Origin: Clostridia bacterium
Lineage (GTDB): Bacteria; Bacillota; Clostridia; TANB77; CAG-508
NCBI GenBank assembly: GCA_017886645.1
Contig: JAGHJM010000012.1
Coordinates: 1-49,528 of the forward strand
DNA length: 49,528 nt
Direction of reading: 5' to 3'
The first letter of the stretch is position 1. The number at the start of each line of letters is the position of its first letter. A model generated the notes under the pieces. It was not told the DNA's origin, searched no databases, and worked only from the letters and a program-made list of their open reading frames with translations. The position numbers and the translations under genes are program-made. Of the stretch, positions 28,075-38,120 are shown piece after piece.

Positions 28075-28948
28075 AGAATATGATTATTGTAAAATCGTTC
28101 AAGATTTATTGCCAAGTTATATTGAAAAAGTAACAGATGAAGAGACAAATAAATTTGTTGAAGAGCATATTAATATATGTGATAAGTGCAAAAAGATGTA
28201 TAATGACTTATTACACAGTTTTGAAGATAATGAAAAGACAAAAATAAAAAAAGAAGTAAAATACATGAAAAAATATAAAAATAAAATGACAGTATTAAAA
28301 ACTATATTGTTAACTATTTTAGCAGTAGTAATTATATACATAGGAAGAAATATGATTATAATAGGAAGCTTGCAAAGTAAAGCCAACAAATATACTGACA
28401 TGACTAATTATCATATTGAGTGGTATTCATATGAACCAGATGGAATAGGAATTACAGAAATATATATGCAAGACGATGAATATTTGCAAAAAAATGGAGA
28501 TTATAACATAGAAGAAGGGTTTTCGGGAAATATAACATATGCTAATAAAGTAACAGGGTCACGAGTATATTTTTTAGATGTTAAAGCTTATGGCGAAACA
28601 GAAGAATATATAGAACCATGGATGAATATGGAGGCAATAAATTATATAAATACTCAGAACGATATATTAAGATTTATATGGATGTCTATAACAGCTAGAA
28701 TATCAACTGTTGAATGTAATGGAAGAGAATGCTATAAAATAGATGACTTAGGAGTAACTACATATGTAGACAAAGAAACAGGATTAACAGTAAGAGTGTT
28801 AAATGTTTCTGCGACAGTAACAGAAGATCGAAAAGAAAGCTCGGTATTTGATATATTTTACGAAGTAAATACTGTTACTGATGAAGATTTAGAAGAACCA
28901 GATAAATCTGAGTTCGAAAAAGTAGATTTTAGTTATGATCCATCTTAA
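28067..28948 (+). CDS. anti-sigma factor (zf-HC2 N-terminus, one TM helix, ~190-aa extracytoplasmic domain of unknown fold)
   Basis: The ATG at 28067 overlaps the sigma gene by 8 nt (ATGAGTAA). C..VQDLLPSYIE....HINICDKCKKMY is a zf-HC2 pattern, and the TM helix is at TILLTILAVVIIYIG. Confidence 0.75.
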   Translation: MSKEYDYCKIVQDLLPSYIEKVTDEETNKFVEEHINICDKCKKMYNDLLHSFEDNEKTKIKKEVKYMKKYKNKMTVLKTILLTILAVVIIYIGRNMIIIGSLQSKANKYTDMTNYHIEWYSYEPDGIGITEIYMQDDEYLQKNGDYNIEEGFSGNITYANKVTGSRVYFLDVKAYGETEEYIEPWMNMEAINYINTQNDILRFIWMSITARISTVECNGRECYKIDDLGVTTYVDKETGLTVRVLNVSATVTEDRKESSVFDIFYEVNTVTDEDLEEPDKSEFEKVDFSYDPS

Positions 28949-29161
28949 ACTATACATTTCGCAGTAGAAATAATAAAACTATTAGTATAAATTACACTCT
29001 GAAAGGTAAATATTTTATGCTAATAGTTTTATTTAATATAAAATATAATTAAGTAATATTTAATTGTAATTTAATTATAAAATATTGGACAATTTCTTTT
29101 TTTATGATAATATAAAACTATACAAATAGAAATAATAAATGATATATAGAGAGGTGTTTTT

Positions 29162-29878
29162 ATGGAAGATACAAATGAAAAGCCAAACTTGGCATTATTA
29201 ATACTTTTAGGAATAATACTAATTGCAGCTTTTATTTTAATATTAAAAGTAACTGGAATTATACAGCCAAGTGATAGTAAGCAAGAAAATGATACAATTA
29301 CAGATAGTTCTTATACATATATAGATAAAGCCATAGAAAAATATGAAAATAGTATTAAAGTAATAACAAGGCAAAATATATTATATTCAGTTATTAGTCT
29401 AGCTATTGCAATTATAATATCAATAGGCATATGTAAACTATATATAAAACTTGAGCTTCCAAAAGCAATTGTAGTATTTACATTTATATATCCGATATTA
29501 GCTATTGTGGAAGTATGGCTTTCAGGAATAGTATCGTTAATAGTATCCATAGTATTTTTAATTTTAGGAATAATGTCTCTATATTATTATTTTAAAGCAG
29601 TTGGAATGCCAAGGGCTTGGGGTGCAGTACCTTTTATAGCAATAGTAGCCGCTTCATTTGGAATTAGCTCTATAATAGCAGGAACGCAAGAATTTCTACT
29701 TATTATAGCGTTGATATTGTTTGTAGCATGGATAATAGCTTACATTATATCAAATGTAAAATTGGGAAAGATGTTTAATAAAGGAGTACCTTTTATAATA
29801 GGACTTGCAATATTGCCTTTTATATTTCAACCAATATTGGGATATTCTAAAAATAGCAAATTAAATAAACAAGAATAA
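29162..29878 (+). CDS. polytopic membrane protein, DUF5684-like C-terminus
   Basis: Several TM helices. The C-terminal GKMFNKGVPFIIGLAILPFIFQPILGYSKN resembles the DUF5684 signature, recalled from memory. Confidence 0.5.
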   Translation: MEDTNEKPNLALLILLGIILIAAFILILKVTGIIQPSDSKQENDTITDSSYTYIDKAIEKYENSIKVITRQNILYSVISLAIAIIISIGICKLYIKLELPKAIVVFTFIYPILAIVEVWLSGIVSLIVSIVFLILGIMSLYYYFKAVGMPRAWGAVPFIAIVAASFGISSIIAGTQEFLLIIALILFVAWIIAYIISNVKLGKMFNKGVPFIIGLAILPFIFQPILGYSKNSKLNKQE

Positions 29879-29910
29879 ATTACAACTTTATAGTTGTAAT
29901 TTTTATTTTT
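29878..29910 (+). terminator. rho-independent terminator
   Basis: 10-bp stem AATTACAACT / AGTTGTAATT, 4-nt loop, TTTATTTTT. Confidence 0.6.
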
Positions 29911-29961
29911 ATTGATATAATAATAATGTAAATTTGCGTAATAAACTTAAAGGAGGTATAT

Positions 29962-31104
29962 ATGTTAAGAAAAGTAGCTATTTTAGCAAATGGTGGAGAT
30001 GTTTCAGGGTTTAATGCAGTTATAAGAGCAATATTAAAAACAGCAGAAAATAATAATATAGAATGTTATGGATTTATTGATGGGTATAGAGGATTATTAA
30101 AAAATGATTTAATAAGATTATCTACAAGTGGAGATGGAAATGCAGTTGGAATTTTACCTAAAGGTGGTTCAATAATAGGTTCTTCAACAAATGCAAATGT
30201 ATTCCAATATCCAGTAGAAGAAGATGGAAAAAAGGTTTATAAAGATTTATCAGATATATGTGTTGAAAATATAAAAAAGGATGAAATAGATTGTTTATTT
30301 ACATTAGGAGGAGATGCAACACAAAAATCAGCTAGAGACTTGTCTTTAAAGGGAATTAAAGTTATAGGTGTACCAAAAACTATAGATAATGATGTTGCAT
30401 GTACAGAAATTACATTTGGTTATAATACAGCAGTATCTGTAGCTGCAGATGCATTAGATAGATTACATACAACAGGTGAAACACATCATAGAATAATGGT
30501 ACTAGAGGTAATGGGAAGATATGCTGGATGGATAGCATTAGAGTCTGCAATAGCAGGTGGCGCAGATGTTGCTTTAATACCAGAAATTCCATACGATATA
30601 AATAGTGCTGCAAGAAAAGTAATAAATAGAAAAAACAGAGGTAAAGGATTTAGTGTTGTTGTTGTTGCAGAAGGAGCTAAGCCAATTGGTGGAGATATTT
30701 CAGTAGCTAATGTAAGAAACAACGGATTAGGAGTAGATAATACTAAGCTTGGAGGAGCTGGAGAAAGAGTTGCAAGAGAACTTGAAAAACTTACAGGATT
30801 AGAAGCAAGATGCACAGTATTAGGTTATATGCAAAGGGGTGGAACTCCTACAGCATTTGATAGAGTTTTATCTACAAAATATGGTTCAAAAGCAATGGAA
30901 CTTGCACTAAATGGAGAATTTAACAAATTAACTATAATAAAAGATGGAAGATTAGATTCTGTAGATTTAGAAGAAGTAGTAGGAAATAATAAAGTAGTAG
31001 GAGCTGTTTCAGGTAATACACCAGAAAGTAATATAAGAAGAGTAAAATTAGATGATGACTTAGTAAAAACTGCAAGACATATAGGAATAAATTTAGGAGA
31101 CTAA
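29962..31104 (+). CDS. pfkA: 6-phosphofructokinase (PfkA family, long ~380-aa clade)
   Basis: GGDVSGFNAVIRA, LGGDATQKSA, GVPKTIDNDV, MGRYAGWIAL and GYMQRGG. Confidence 0.85.
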   Translation: MLRKVAILANGGDVSGFNAVIRAILKTAENNNIECYGFIDGYRGLLKNDLIRLSTSGDGNAVGILPKGGSIIGSSTNANVFQYPVEEDGKKVYKDLSDICVENIKKDEIDCLFTLGGDATQKSARDLSLKGIKVIGVPKTIDNDVACTEITFGYNTAVSVAADALDRLHTTGETHHRIMVLEVMGRYAGWIALESAIAGGADVALIPEIPYDINSAARKVINRKNRGKGFSVVVVAEGAKPIGGDISVANVRNNGLGVDNTKLGGAGERVARELEKLTGLEARCTVLGYMQRGGTPTAFDRVLSTKYGSKAMELALNGEFNKLTIIKDGRLDSVDLEEVVGNNKVVGAVSGNTPESNIRRVKLDDDLVKTARHIGINLGD

Positions 31105-31112
31105 AAAATATC

Positions 31113-31147
31113 AAAATAGTAGAAATTTAAAGTTTCTACTATTTTTT
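31113..31147 (+). terminator. rho-independent terminator after pfkA
   Basis: Perfect 13-bp stem AAAATAGTAGAAA / TTTCTACTATTTT followed by TT. Confidence 0.8.
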
Positions 31148-31259
31148 ATGGAAGAGAATAATAAAATTTTGTAACAAAATGTAATTTTATACGTTATATA
31201 TTTAATAAGCATATAATTGAATAAGAATATTTTATAAAGAAATACTAATGTAAAAAACA

Positions 31260-31288
31260 TTGCAAAGATTAATTAAGTAATGTATAAT
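31260..31288 (+). promoter_or_regulatory. candidate sigma-A promoter for argS
   Basis: TTGCAA (31260-31265), 17-nt spacer ending in TG, TATAAT (31283-31288). Confidence 0.45.
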
Positions 31289-31338
31289 AATAAAGAATTA
31301 TACATTACTTTTTTATTCTAAAAGGAGAGAACATAATT

Positions 31339-33045
31339 ATGTTAGATTTTAAAGAAAAGATTGCAAATCAAATATCAAGTATTACAAATATAGATAAAAA
31401 TGAAATATATGAATATATAGAAATACCATCTGATAGCAAAATGGGAGATTATGCATTTCCATGCTTTAGATTAGCAAAAACAATGAAAAAATCACCTCAA
31501 CTAATTGCAAATGATATTAAAGATGGTATTATTTTAAGTGATGAATTTGAGAAAATAGAAGTTGTTGGCGGATATATTAACTTTTATGTAAATAATAAAG
31601 CAATAGTAGAAAATGTATTAAAACAAGTGGATTTAGAAAAAGAAAAATATGGTAGTAGTAATATAGGAAAAGGAAAAAACATAGTAATAGATTATTCATC
31701 TCCAAATATTGCTAAACCTTTCCACATAGGGCATTTACGTACAACAATTTTAGGTAATAGTTTATATAAAATGTATTCGTTTTTGAATTATAATTGTACA
31801 GGTGTAAATCACATTGGAGATTGGGGGACACAATTTGCTAAATTAATAGAAGGATATAAAAGATGGGGAGATGAATATGATATAGAATCTAACCCAATAG
31901 AAGAATTAACCAAAATATATGTTAGAATAAATGATTTATGTAAGGAAGACGAAAGTGTATTAGAGCAATGTAGAAATAATTTTAAAAAGCTAGAAGATGG
32001 AGACGAATATTGCGTAAAAGTATGGAAGAAATTTAGGGATTTAAGTCTAAAAGAGTTCCAAAGAATATATGACTTATTAGATATACAATTTGACTCTTGG
32101 AATGGAGAAGCTTTTTATGTAGATAAAATGCAAGAAGTTAAAGATATATTAGAAAAAAATAATAAACTAGTAGAATCTGAAGGAGCGAAAGTAGTTGATT
32201 TATCTGATAAAGATATGCCACCATGTATAATAGAAAAATCAAATGGTTCTACAACTTATGCGACACGTGATTTAGCAGCTATATTATATAGGGCTAGAAC
32301 ATACGATTTTGATAAAGATATTTATGTTACATCATATGAGCAAATATTGCATTTTAAACAAATATTTGAAACAGCAAAATCTCTTGGTTTAGATGAAAAA
32401 TATATAAATGGATTAGTACATGTACCATATGGAATGGTTATGCTTAAAACCGGAAAAATGTCTACAAGAGACGGAAATGTAGTAAAAATTGAAGATTTAT
32501 TAAAAGAAGCAATTTCAAAGGTAAAAGAAATAATAGAGAATAAAAATCCAGAATTAGAAGATAAAGATGAAATAGCTAAAAGAGTTGGAATTGGAGCAGT
32601 AATTTTTAATGATCTATATAACAGCAGAATTAAGGATGAAATTTTTGATTGGGATATAATGCTTAACTTTAATGGTGAAACAGGTCCATATATGCAATAT
32701 ATATATGTAAGAACTAAAAGTGTGTTAGAAAAAGCAGGATATATACCAGAAATTAAAGATGTCAATTTTGAGAAACTATTAGATGAAGATTCAATAAAAG
32801 TTATTAAACTTTTATATCAATTTAATGATAAAATAATGCAAGCACTAGATAAATACGAACCATATATTGTAGCAAGATATTTAATAGAAGTCGCTAAAGC
32901 ATATAGCTCATTTTATAATAATAATAAAGTTATATGTGATGATAAAGAAATACAAGATGCAAGAGTATATTTGACTTATGCAGCAGGTATAGTTTTAAAA
33001 ACTGGAGCAGGATTATTAGGAATAAAAATGCCAGATAAAATGTAA
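31339..33045 (+). CDS. argS: arginine--tRNA ligase
   Basis: SSPNIAKPFHIGHLRTT (HIGH motif), MSTRDGNVV, and an anticodon-binding C-terminus ending in M. Confidence 0.95.
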   Translation: MLDFKEKIANQISSITNIDKNEIYEYIEIPSDSKMGDYAFPCFRLAKTMKKSPQLIANDIKDGIILSDEFEKIEVVGGYINFYVNNKAIVENVLKQVDLEKEKYGSSNIGKGKNIVIDYSSPNIAKPFHIGHLRTTILGNSLYKMYSFLNYNCTGVNHIGDWGTQFAKLIEGYKRWGDEYDIESNPIEELTKIYVRINDLCKEDESVLEQCRNNFKKLEDGDEYCVKVWKKFRDLSLKEFQRIYDLLDIQFDSWNGEAFYVDKMQEVKDILEKNNKLVESEGAKVVDLSDKDMPPCIIEKSNGSTTYATRDLAAILYRARTYDFDKDIYVTSYEQILHFKQIFETAKSLGLDEKYINGLVHVPYGMVMLKTGKMSTRDGNVVKIEDLLKEAISKVKEIIENKNPELEDKDEIAKRVGIGAVIFNDLYNSRIKDEIFDWDIMLNFNGETGPYMQYIYVRTKSVLEKAGYIPEIKDVNFEKLLDEDSIKVIKLLYQFNDKIMQALDKYEPYIVARYLIEVAKAYSSFYNNNKVICDDKEIQDARVYLTYAAGIVLKTGAGLLGIKMPDKM

Positions 33046-33075
33046 AAAATAATAAAGTAAAATATGGAGAATTAT

Positions 33076-33945
33076 ATGAAAACAAAAAATAAAGCACCAG
33101 AGCTGAGTGGTAAAATAGAAGTAGCAGAAGATTTAGATAAAACAGAAAAAAATATTAAAGAAAAAGACAAATTCACAATTTTTGGAATTGAGGCTCCGAG
33201 AATAGTAGCATATTTTGTTATTTATAGTATAATAGGATTTATAATAGAAACTTTATTTGGATTAGTAACAAAAGGTGTTTTAGAAAGCAGAAAAAGCTTT
33301 TTATATGGACCACTTTGTGGAATATATGGGTTAGGAGCTATTATTATGATAATAGCCCTAAGAAGATTTAATAAAAATAACTATACACTATTTGTTGGCG
33401 GTTTTATTGTAGGATCAATTATAGAATATTCAATAAGCTTAATAGGAGAGGAATTATTTCAAATAAAGTGGTGGGATTATTCAAATATGCCATTTAATAT
33501 AAATGGTAGAATTTGTGTAAGCTTTTCTATTTTTTGGGGAATATTAGCAATTTATTTAATGTCACACCTAAATCCAAAAATAGATAGAATTATCGATAAA
33601 GTAAATCCAAAATTATTAAAAAGAGTTGCAATAGTAGCGGCAATATTACTATTATTAGACTTTTTAATAACAAGTTTTGCATTAAAAATGTTTTTCACAA
33701 GATTAGTTAATGACTATGATTTAGAACTTCAAAATGTAGACCAATATAGAGAAGTGTATACAGCACTATATAATAATGAGGATATAAAGAAAATAGTAGA
33801 TAAATATTTTTCATATGAAAAAATGTTGCACACATTTCCTAATATAAAAGTAACAGATAAAGATGGCAATATAATATTGGTAGCTGATATATTAAATTAT
33901 ATACAGCCTTATTATGTTAGAGTTTTTACACCAAAAGCATATTAA
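33076..33945 (+). CDS. polytopic membrane protein, putative ABC-transporter type IV family (PF06541-like)
   Basis: I prefer the ATG at 33076 (GGAGA 5 nt upstream) to the one at 33064. The FLYGPLCGIYGLGA and WWDYS motifs recall PF06541. Confidence 0.55.
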   Translation: MKTKNKAPELSGKIEVAEDLDKTEKNIKEKDKFTIFGIEAPRIVAYFVIYSIIGFIIETLFGLVTKGVLESRKSFLYGPLCGIYGLGAIIMIIALRRFNKNNYTLFVGGFIVGSIIEYSISLIGEELFQIKWWDYSNMPFNINGRICVSFSIFWGILAIYLMSHLNPKIDRIIDKVNPKLLKRVAIVAAILLLLDFLITSFALKMFFTRLVNDYDLELQNVDQYREVYTALYNNEDIKKIVDKYFSYEKMLHTFPNIKVTDKDGNIILVADILNYIQPYYVRVFTPKAY

Positions 33946-33987
33946 ATTGAATATATTATTATATAAAAATTTTTTGGAGGTTTGTTT

Positions 33988-35352
33988 ATGAGAAAATATT
34001 TTGGTACAGATGGAATTAGAAGAATTGCTAATACAGAGCTTACACCTGAATTAGTATATAAGGTTGCAAAAGCAGGAGCATATGTTTTATCAAAACATGT
34101 TAATCATGCTCCAACTATTTTAATAGGAATGGATACTAGAATTTCTGGTACATTAATAGAAAGTGCAATGACAGCTGGATTTTTAAGTTATGGAGCTAAT
34201 GTAAAATTGTTAGGAGTTATACCAACGCCAGGTGTTGCATACTTAACTAAAAAATTAAAGGCAGATGCAGGAGTTGTTATTTCAGCTTCTCATAATACAT
34301 ATGAATTTAATGGAGTAAAGTACTTTAGTAATAAAGGAATGAAGATACCAGATGAAATAGAAGAAGAAATAGAAGAAATAATGGATTCTAATAAACTAAA
34401 TGAACTAACAGCTGTAAATGATAAAATAGGAGTATCTGAAATTAGAAGAGATTTATTAGATGAATACTTATATTTCTTTAGAAAAAATTTTGAAGAAGAT
34501 TTTGAAAATCTTGATAAATCAAATTTTGTTGTAGCTATAGATACAGCAAATGGAGCTACGTCTGTAATAGCAGAAAAAGTATTTACTGCACTTGGTATAA
34601 AGCATTACATTTTAAATAATACTCCAAATGGTACAAATATTAATGAAAATTGTGGTTCTACACATTTAGATGTAGTCAAGAAATATGTAGTTGAAAATCA
34701 TTGTAATTTAGGTATAGCTTATGATGGAGATGGAGATAGGTGTTTAGCTGTAGATGAAAATGGAAATGTTATTGATGGAGATAAAATTTTAGCAATAATG
34801 TCTAAATATATGGAAAAAGAAGATACATTAATGAGAAATACAGTTGTTGCAACAGTAATGAGTAATTTGGGCTTGAAAAAATATGCTAAAGAAAACAATA
34901 TAAATCTTATTCAAACTAAAGTAGGAGACAGATATGTATTAGAAGAAATGCTAAAAAATGGGTATAATTTAGGAGGAGAGCAATCAGGGCATATAATATT
35001 CTTAGATTATAATCCAACAGGGGACGGAATATTAACATCTCTAATGTTAATTAAAGTAATGCTAGAAAAAAATGTTTCCGCTTCTAAATTATGTAGCATA
35101 ATAAATATATATCCTCAAGTATTAATAAATGCAAAAGTAAGTAGTGATAAAAAGTATGATTATGATAAAGATGAAGAAATTTTACAAAAAATAAAAATAC
35201 TTGAAGAAGAATTTAAAGATAATGGAAGAGTGTTAATAAGACCATCTGGAACAGAACCTTTAGTAAGGGTTATGATAGAAGGAGAAAATAAAGAATATAT
35301 TACTAAAAAGGCAGAAGAGTTAGCAAAATTTATAGAAAATAAATTAAAATAA
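33988..35352 (+). CDS. glmM: phosphoglucosamine mutase
   Basis: MRKYFGTDGIR, active-site SASHNTYEFNGVK, DGDGDR and GGEQSGH. I prefer the ATG at 33988, after GGAGG, to the TTG at 33982. Confidence 0.95.
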   Translation: MRKYFGTDGIRRIANTELTPELVYKVAKAGAYVLSKHVNHAPTILIGMDTRISGTLIESAMTAGFLSYGANVKLLGVIPTPGVAYLTKKLKADAGVVISASHNTYEFNGVKYFSNKGMKIPDEIEEEIEEIMDSNKLNELTAVNDKIGVSEIRRDLLDEYLYFFRKNFEEDFENLDKSNFVVAIDTANGATSVIAEKVFTALGIKHYILNNTPNGTNINENCGSTHLDVVKKYVVENHCNLGIAYDGDGDRCLAVDENGNVIDGDKILAIMSKYMEKEDTLMRNTVVATVMSNLGLKKYAKENNINLIQTKVGDRYVLEEMLKNGYNLGGEQSGHIIFLDYNPTGDGILTSLMLIKVMLEKNVSASKLCSIINIYPQVLINAKVSSDKKYDYDKDEEILQKIKILEEEFKDNGRVLIRPSGTEPLVRVMIEGENKEYITKKAEELAKFIENKLK

Positions 35353-35376
35353 AACAAAGGATAAGGGGAGATTTAT

Positions 35377-35724
35377 ATGCCAATAATTAATTTTATGGAA
35401 CCATTTACACTTTTAATAGGAGTAGTACTATTTATTTTAGTTACTTATTTAAGTAAAAAAACAAAAAAGAGCTGGATTTCAGCAATAATGCTATTTGCAT
35501 TTATAGCTGTATTAGTAAGCTATGTAATACAATTTATGATGTTAGATGTTAATGCTCCAAATATAAAAGAAATAGAATTAACTATTATAAGATCAACAGG
35601 GGTAACCTTAGTATTTGTACTTTTATCATTCTTTATCTATTTATGGGTAGATGATACAGAAGCAAAAATGGGAAAAAGAAAAAGTATTGATAATAGTTTA
35701 GAATGGTTTTGGAAAAAAGTTTAG
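35377..35724 (+). CDS. small membrane protein (three TM helices), unknown function
   Basis: RBS AAGGGGAG; hydrophobic profile. Confidence 0.55.
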   Translation: MPIINFMEPFTLLIGVVLFILVTYLSKKTKKSWISAIMLFAFIAVLVSYVIQFMMLDVNAPNIKEIELTIIRSTGVTLVFVLLSFFIYLWVDDTEAKMGKRKSIDNSLEWFWKKV

Positions 35725-35745
35725 TAAATAAGGGAGTGACAATAT

Positions 35746-37317
35746 ATGAAAGAGAAATTTTATATAACAACACCAATATATTATCCTAGTGGGAAGTTTC
35801 ATATAGGGACAGCATATACAGAGGTGCTTGCAAATACAATGAAAAAATATAAAGAAGAAAGAGGATATGATGCATATCTTCTTACTGGAGTGGATGAGCA
35901 TGGACAAAAAGTAGAGCAAGTTGCAATAAAAAATGGTAAAACACCACAACAACACGTAGATGATATGGCTAATGAAGCAAAAAAATTGTGGGAGCTAATG
36001 GAGATAGATTATAATGACTTTATTAGAACTACAGAAGAAAGACATTCAAAAGTAGTTGCTGAAATATTTGATAAATTAATGGAACAAGGAGACATATATA
36101 AATCTGAATATGAAGGTTGGTATTGTATGCCTTGTGAAACATATTTTACAGAAACACAATTAGTAGATGGAAAATGTCCAGACTGTGGTAGAGAAGTTAA
36201 AAAGATGAAAGAGGAAGCATATTTCTTTAATATGAAAAAGTATGCTCCAAGATTAATAAAATATTATGAAGAACATCCAGACTTTATTATGCCTGAATCT
36301 AGAAAAAATGAGTTATTTAATAACTTTTTAAAACCGGGACTTGAAGATTTATGTGTAACTCGTACAAGTTTTGATTGGGGAATAAAAGTAAAAAAAGATC
36401 CAAAGCATGTTATATATGTATGGTTAGATGCACTAACAAATTATTTAACAGCTCTTGGATATATGTCTGATGATGATACATTATTTAAGAAATACTGGCC
36501 AGCAGATTTACAAATAGTAGGTAAAGATATAATTAGATTTCATGGAATATATTGGCCAATATTCTTAATGGCTTTAGACTTACCGCTTCCAAAACATATT
36601 TACGCACATAGTTTTATAATGATGAAAGATGGAAAAATGTCTAAATCTAAAGGAAATGTTGTATATCCAGATATGTTAGTAAAACGTTATGGATTAGATG
36701 CTACAAAATATTTCTTATTAAAATCTATGCCATATGCACAAGATGGAGAATTTAGTCCAGAAGAATTTGTACAAAGATTTAATTCGGATTTATGTAATGA
36801 TTTAGGAAACTTATTAAATAGAACCATAGGTATGATAAATAAATACTTTGATGGTAAAATAGAAAAATATCCAGACAATATTTCTGAATTAGATAAAAAT
36901 TTAGAAAATTTTGCAATTGAAATAATTTCTAAAGTAGAAGAAAAATTTGAGTCTGTACATTTAAGTGATATTATTTCAGAGACTTGGACATTAGTATCAA
37001 GAACAAATAAATATATAGATGAAACAACACCATGGATTTTGGCAAAAGAAGATAAAAGAGAAGAGCTAAAATCTGTAATGTATCATTTAGTAGAAAATTT
37101 AAGAAAAATTGCAATACTAATTAAACCATACATGGAACATACTGCAAATAACATATTTAATCAATTAAATATAAAAGAAGAATTACAGAAATGGGATACT
37201 GTAAGAAATAATAAATTACTAGAAAATATAACTGTAACAAATAAACCAGAAGTATTGTTTGCAAGATTAGATGCAGAAGAAGAAATAGAGTATATTAAAG
37301 CTCAAATGAAAGGCTAG
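35746..37317 (+). CDS. metG: methionine--tRNA ligase (short form, no C-terminal tRNA-binding domain)
   Basis: PIYYPSGKFHIGTAYT (HIGH-type motif), zinc knuckle CMPCE...CPDCG, and KMSKSKGN. Confidence 0.95.
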   Translation: MKEKFYITTPIYYPSGKFHIGTAYTEVLANTMKKYKEERGYDAYLLTGVDEHGQKVEQVAIKNGKTPQQHVDDMANEAKKLWELMEIDYNDFIRTTEERHSKVVAEIFDKLMEQGDIYKSEYEGWYCMPCETYFTETQLVDGKCPDCGREVKKMKEEAYFFNMKKYAPRLIKYYEEHPDFIMPESRKNELFNNFLKPGLEDLCVTRTSFDWGIKVKKDPKHVIYVWLDALTNYLTALGYMSDDDTLFKKYWPADLQIVGKDIIRFHGIYWPIFLMALDLPLPKHIYAHSFIMMKDGKMSKSKGNVVYPDMLVKRYGLDATKYFLLKSMPYAQDGEFSPEEFVQRFNSDLCNDLGNLLNRTIGMINKYFDGKIEKYPDNISELDKNLENFAIEIISKVEEKFESVHLSDIISETWTLVSRTNKYIDETTPWILAKEDKREELKSVMYHLVENLRKIAILIKPYMEHTANNIFNQLNIKEELQKWDTVRNNKLLENITVTNKPEVLFARLDAEEEIEYIKAQMKG

Positions 37318-37409
37318 TTATAGCAAAGAATTTCAATTTTCAGGACTAATTAATTAAAATATAAAGCATAATTTCAAATGATAATAAGTACGAAAGGAAG
37401 TAAAATAAT

Positions 37410-38081
37410 ATGGGAAAATTATTTGTAATTGATGGAACAGACGGAAGCGGAAAACAAACACAATTTGAAGAATTAAAAACACATTTTGATAAAGATGGAA
37501 TTGATTATAAAACAGTTAGTTTTCCAAATTATGATAGTCCATCATCAGGGCTTGTAAAAATGTATTTATCTGGAGAATTTGGAGAACATGCAAAAGAAAT
37601 AAGCCCATATATTGCTTCAACATTTTATGCTGCAGATCGTTATGCAACATATACTACACAATATAAGAATTATTATGAAAATGGAGGAATTATATTAGCT
37701 GATAGATATACTACTGCTAATATGGTTCATCAAACAGGAAAAATAGAAAGCAAAGAAGAAAGAGAAAAATTCTTAAACTGGTTATGGGATTTTGAATTTA
37801 AATTATATGGACTTCCAGTACCAAATGAAGTATTTTTCTTAAAGATGCCACCAGAAAAATCTTTAGAATTAATGAAAAATAGAGAAAATAAATTCACACA
37901 TGATGCTAAAAAAGATATTCATGAAAGAGACAAACAACATATTATTGATAGTTATAATGCAGCATGTTATGTTGCAGAAAAATATAATTGGTATACAATT
38001 GAATGTGTAAAAAATGGAGAAATTAGAACTATAGAAGATATACATACTGAAATTTATAACGAATTAAAAAAACATTTATAG
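37410..38081 (+). CDS. thymidylate kinase-like P-loop nucleotide kinase
   Basis: FVIDGTDGSGKQTQ P-loop and the DRY motif (ADRYTTANMVHQ). This is not the classic Tmk lid sequence, so the substrate is uncertain. Confidence 0.6.
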   Translation: MGKLFVIDGTDGSGKQTQFEELKTHFDKDGIDYKTVSFPNYDSPSSGLVKMYLSGEFGEHAKEISPYIASTFYAADRYATYTTQYKNYYENGGIILADRYTTANMVHQTGKIESKEEREKFLNWLWDFEFKLYGLPVPNEVFFLKMPPEKSLELMKNRENKFTHDAKKDIHERDKQHIIDSYNAACYVAEKYNWYTIECVKNGEIRTIEDIHTEIYNELKKHL

Positions 38082-38120
38082 AAATAATATGTATATAAAT
38101 TTTATTACAGGAGGAATTTA

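Noticed and set aside
31150-31338. T-box riboswitch upstream of argS (also checked upstream of metG at 35725-35745).
   Set aside because: The leader is too short. I could not find the conserved T-box 14-mer (AANNNGGGTGGNACCNCG-like) or a specifier-loop architecture.
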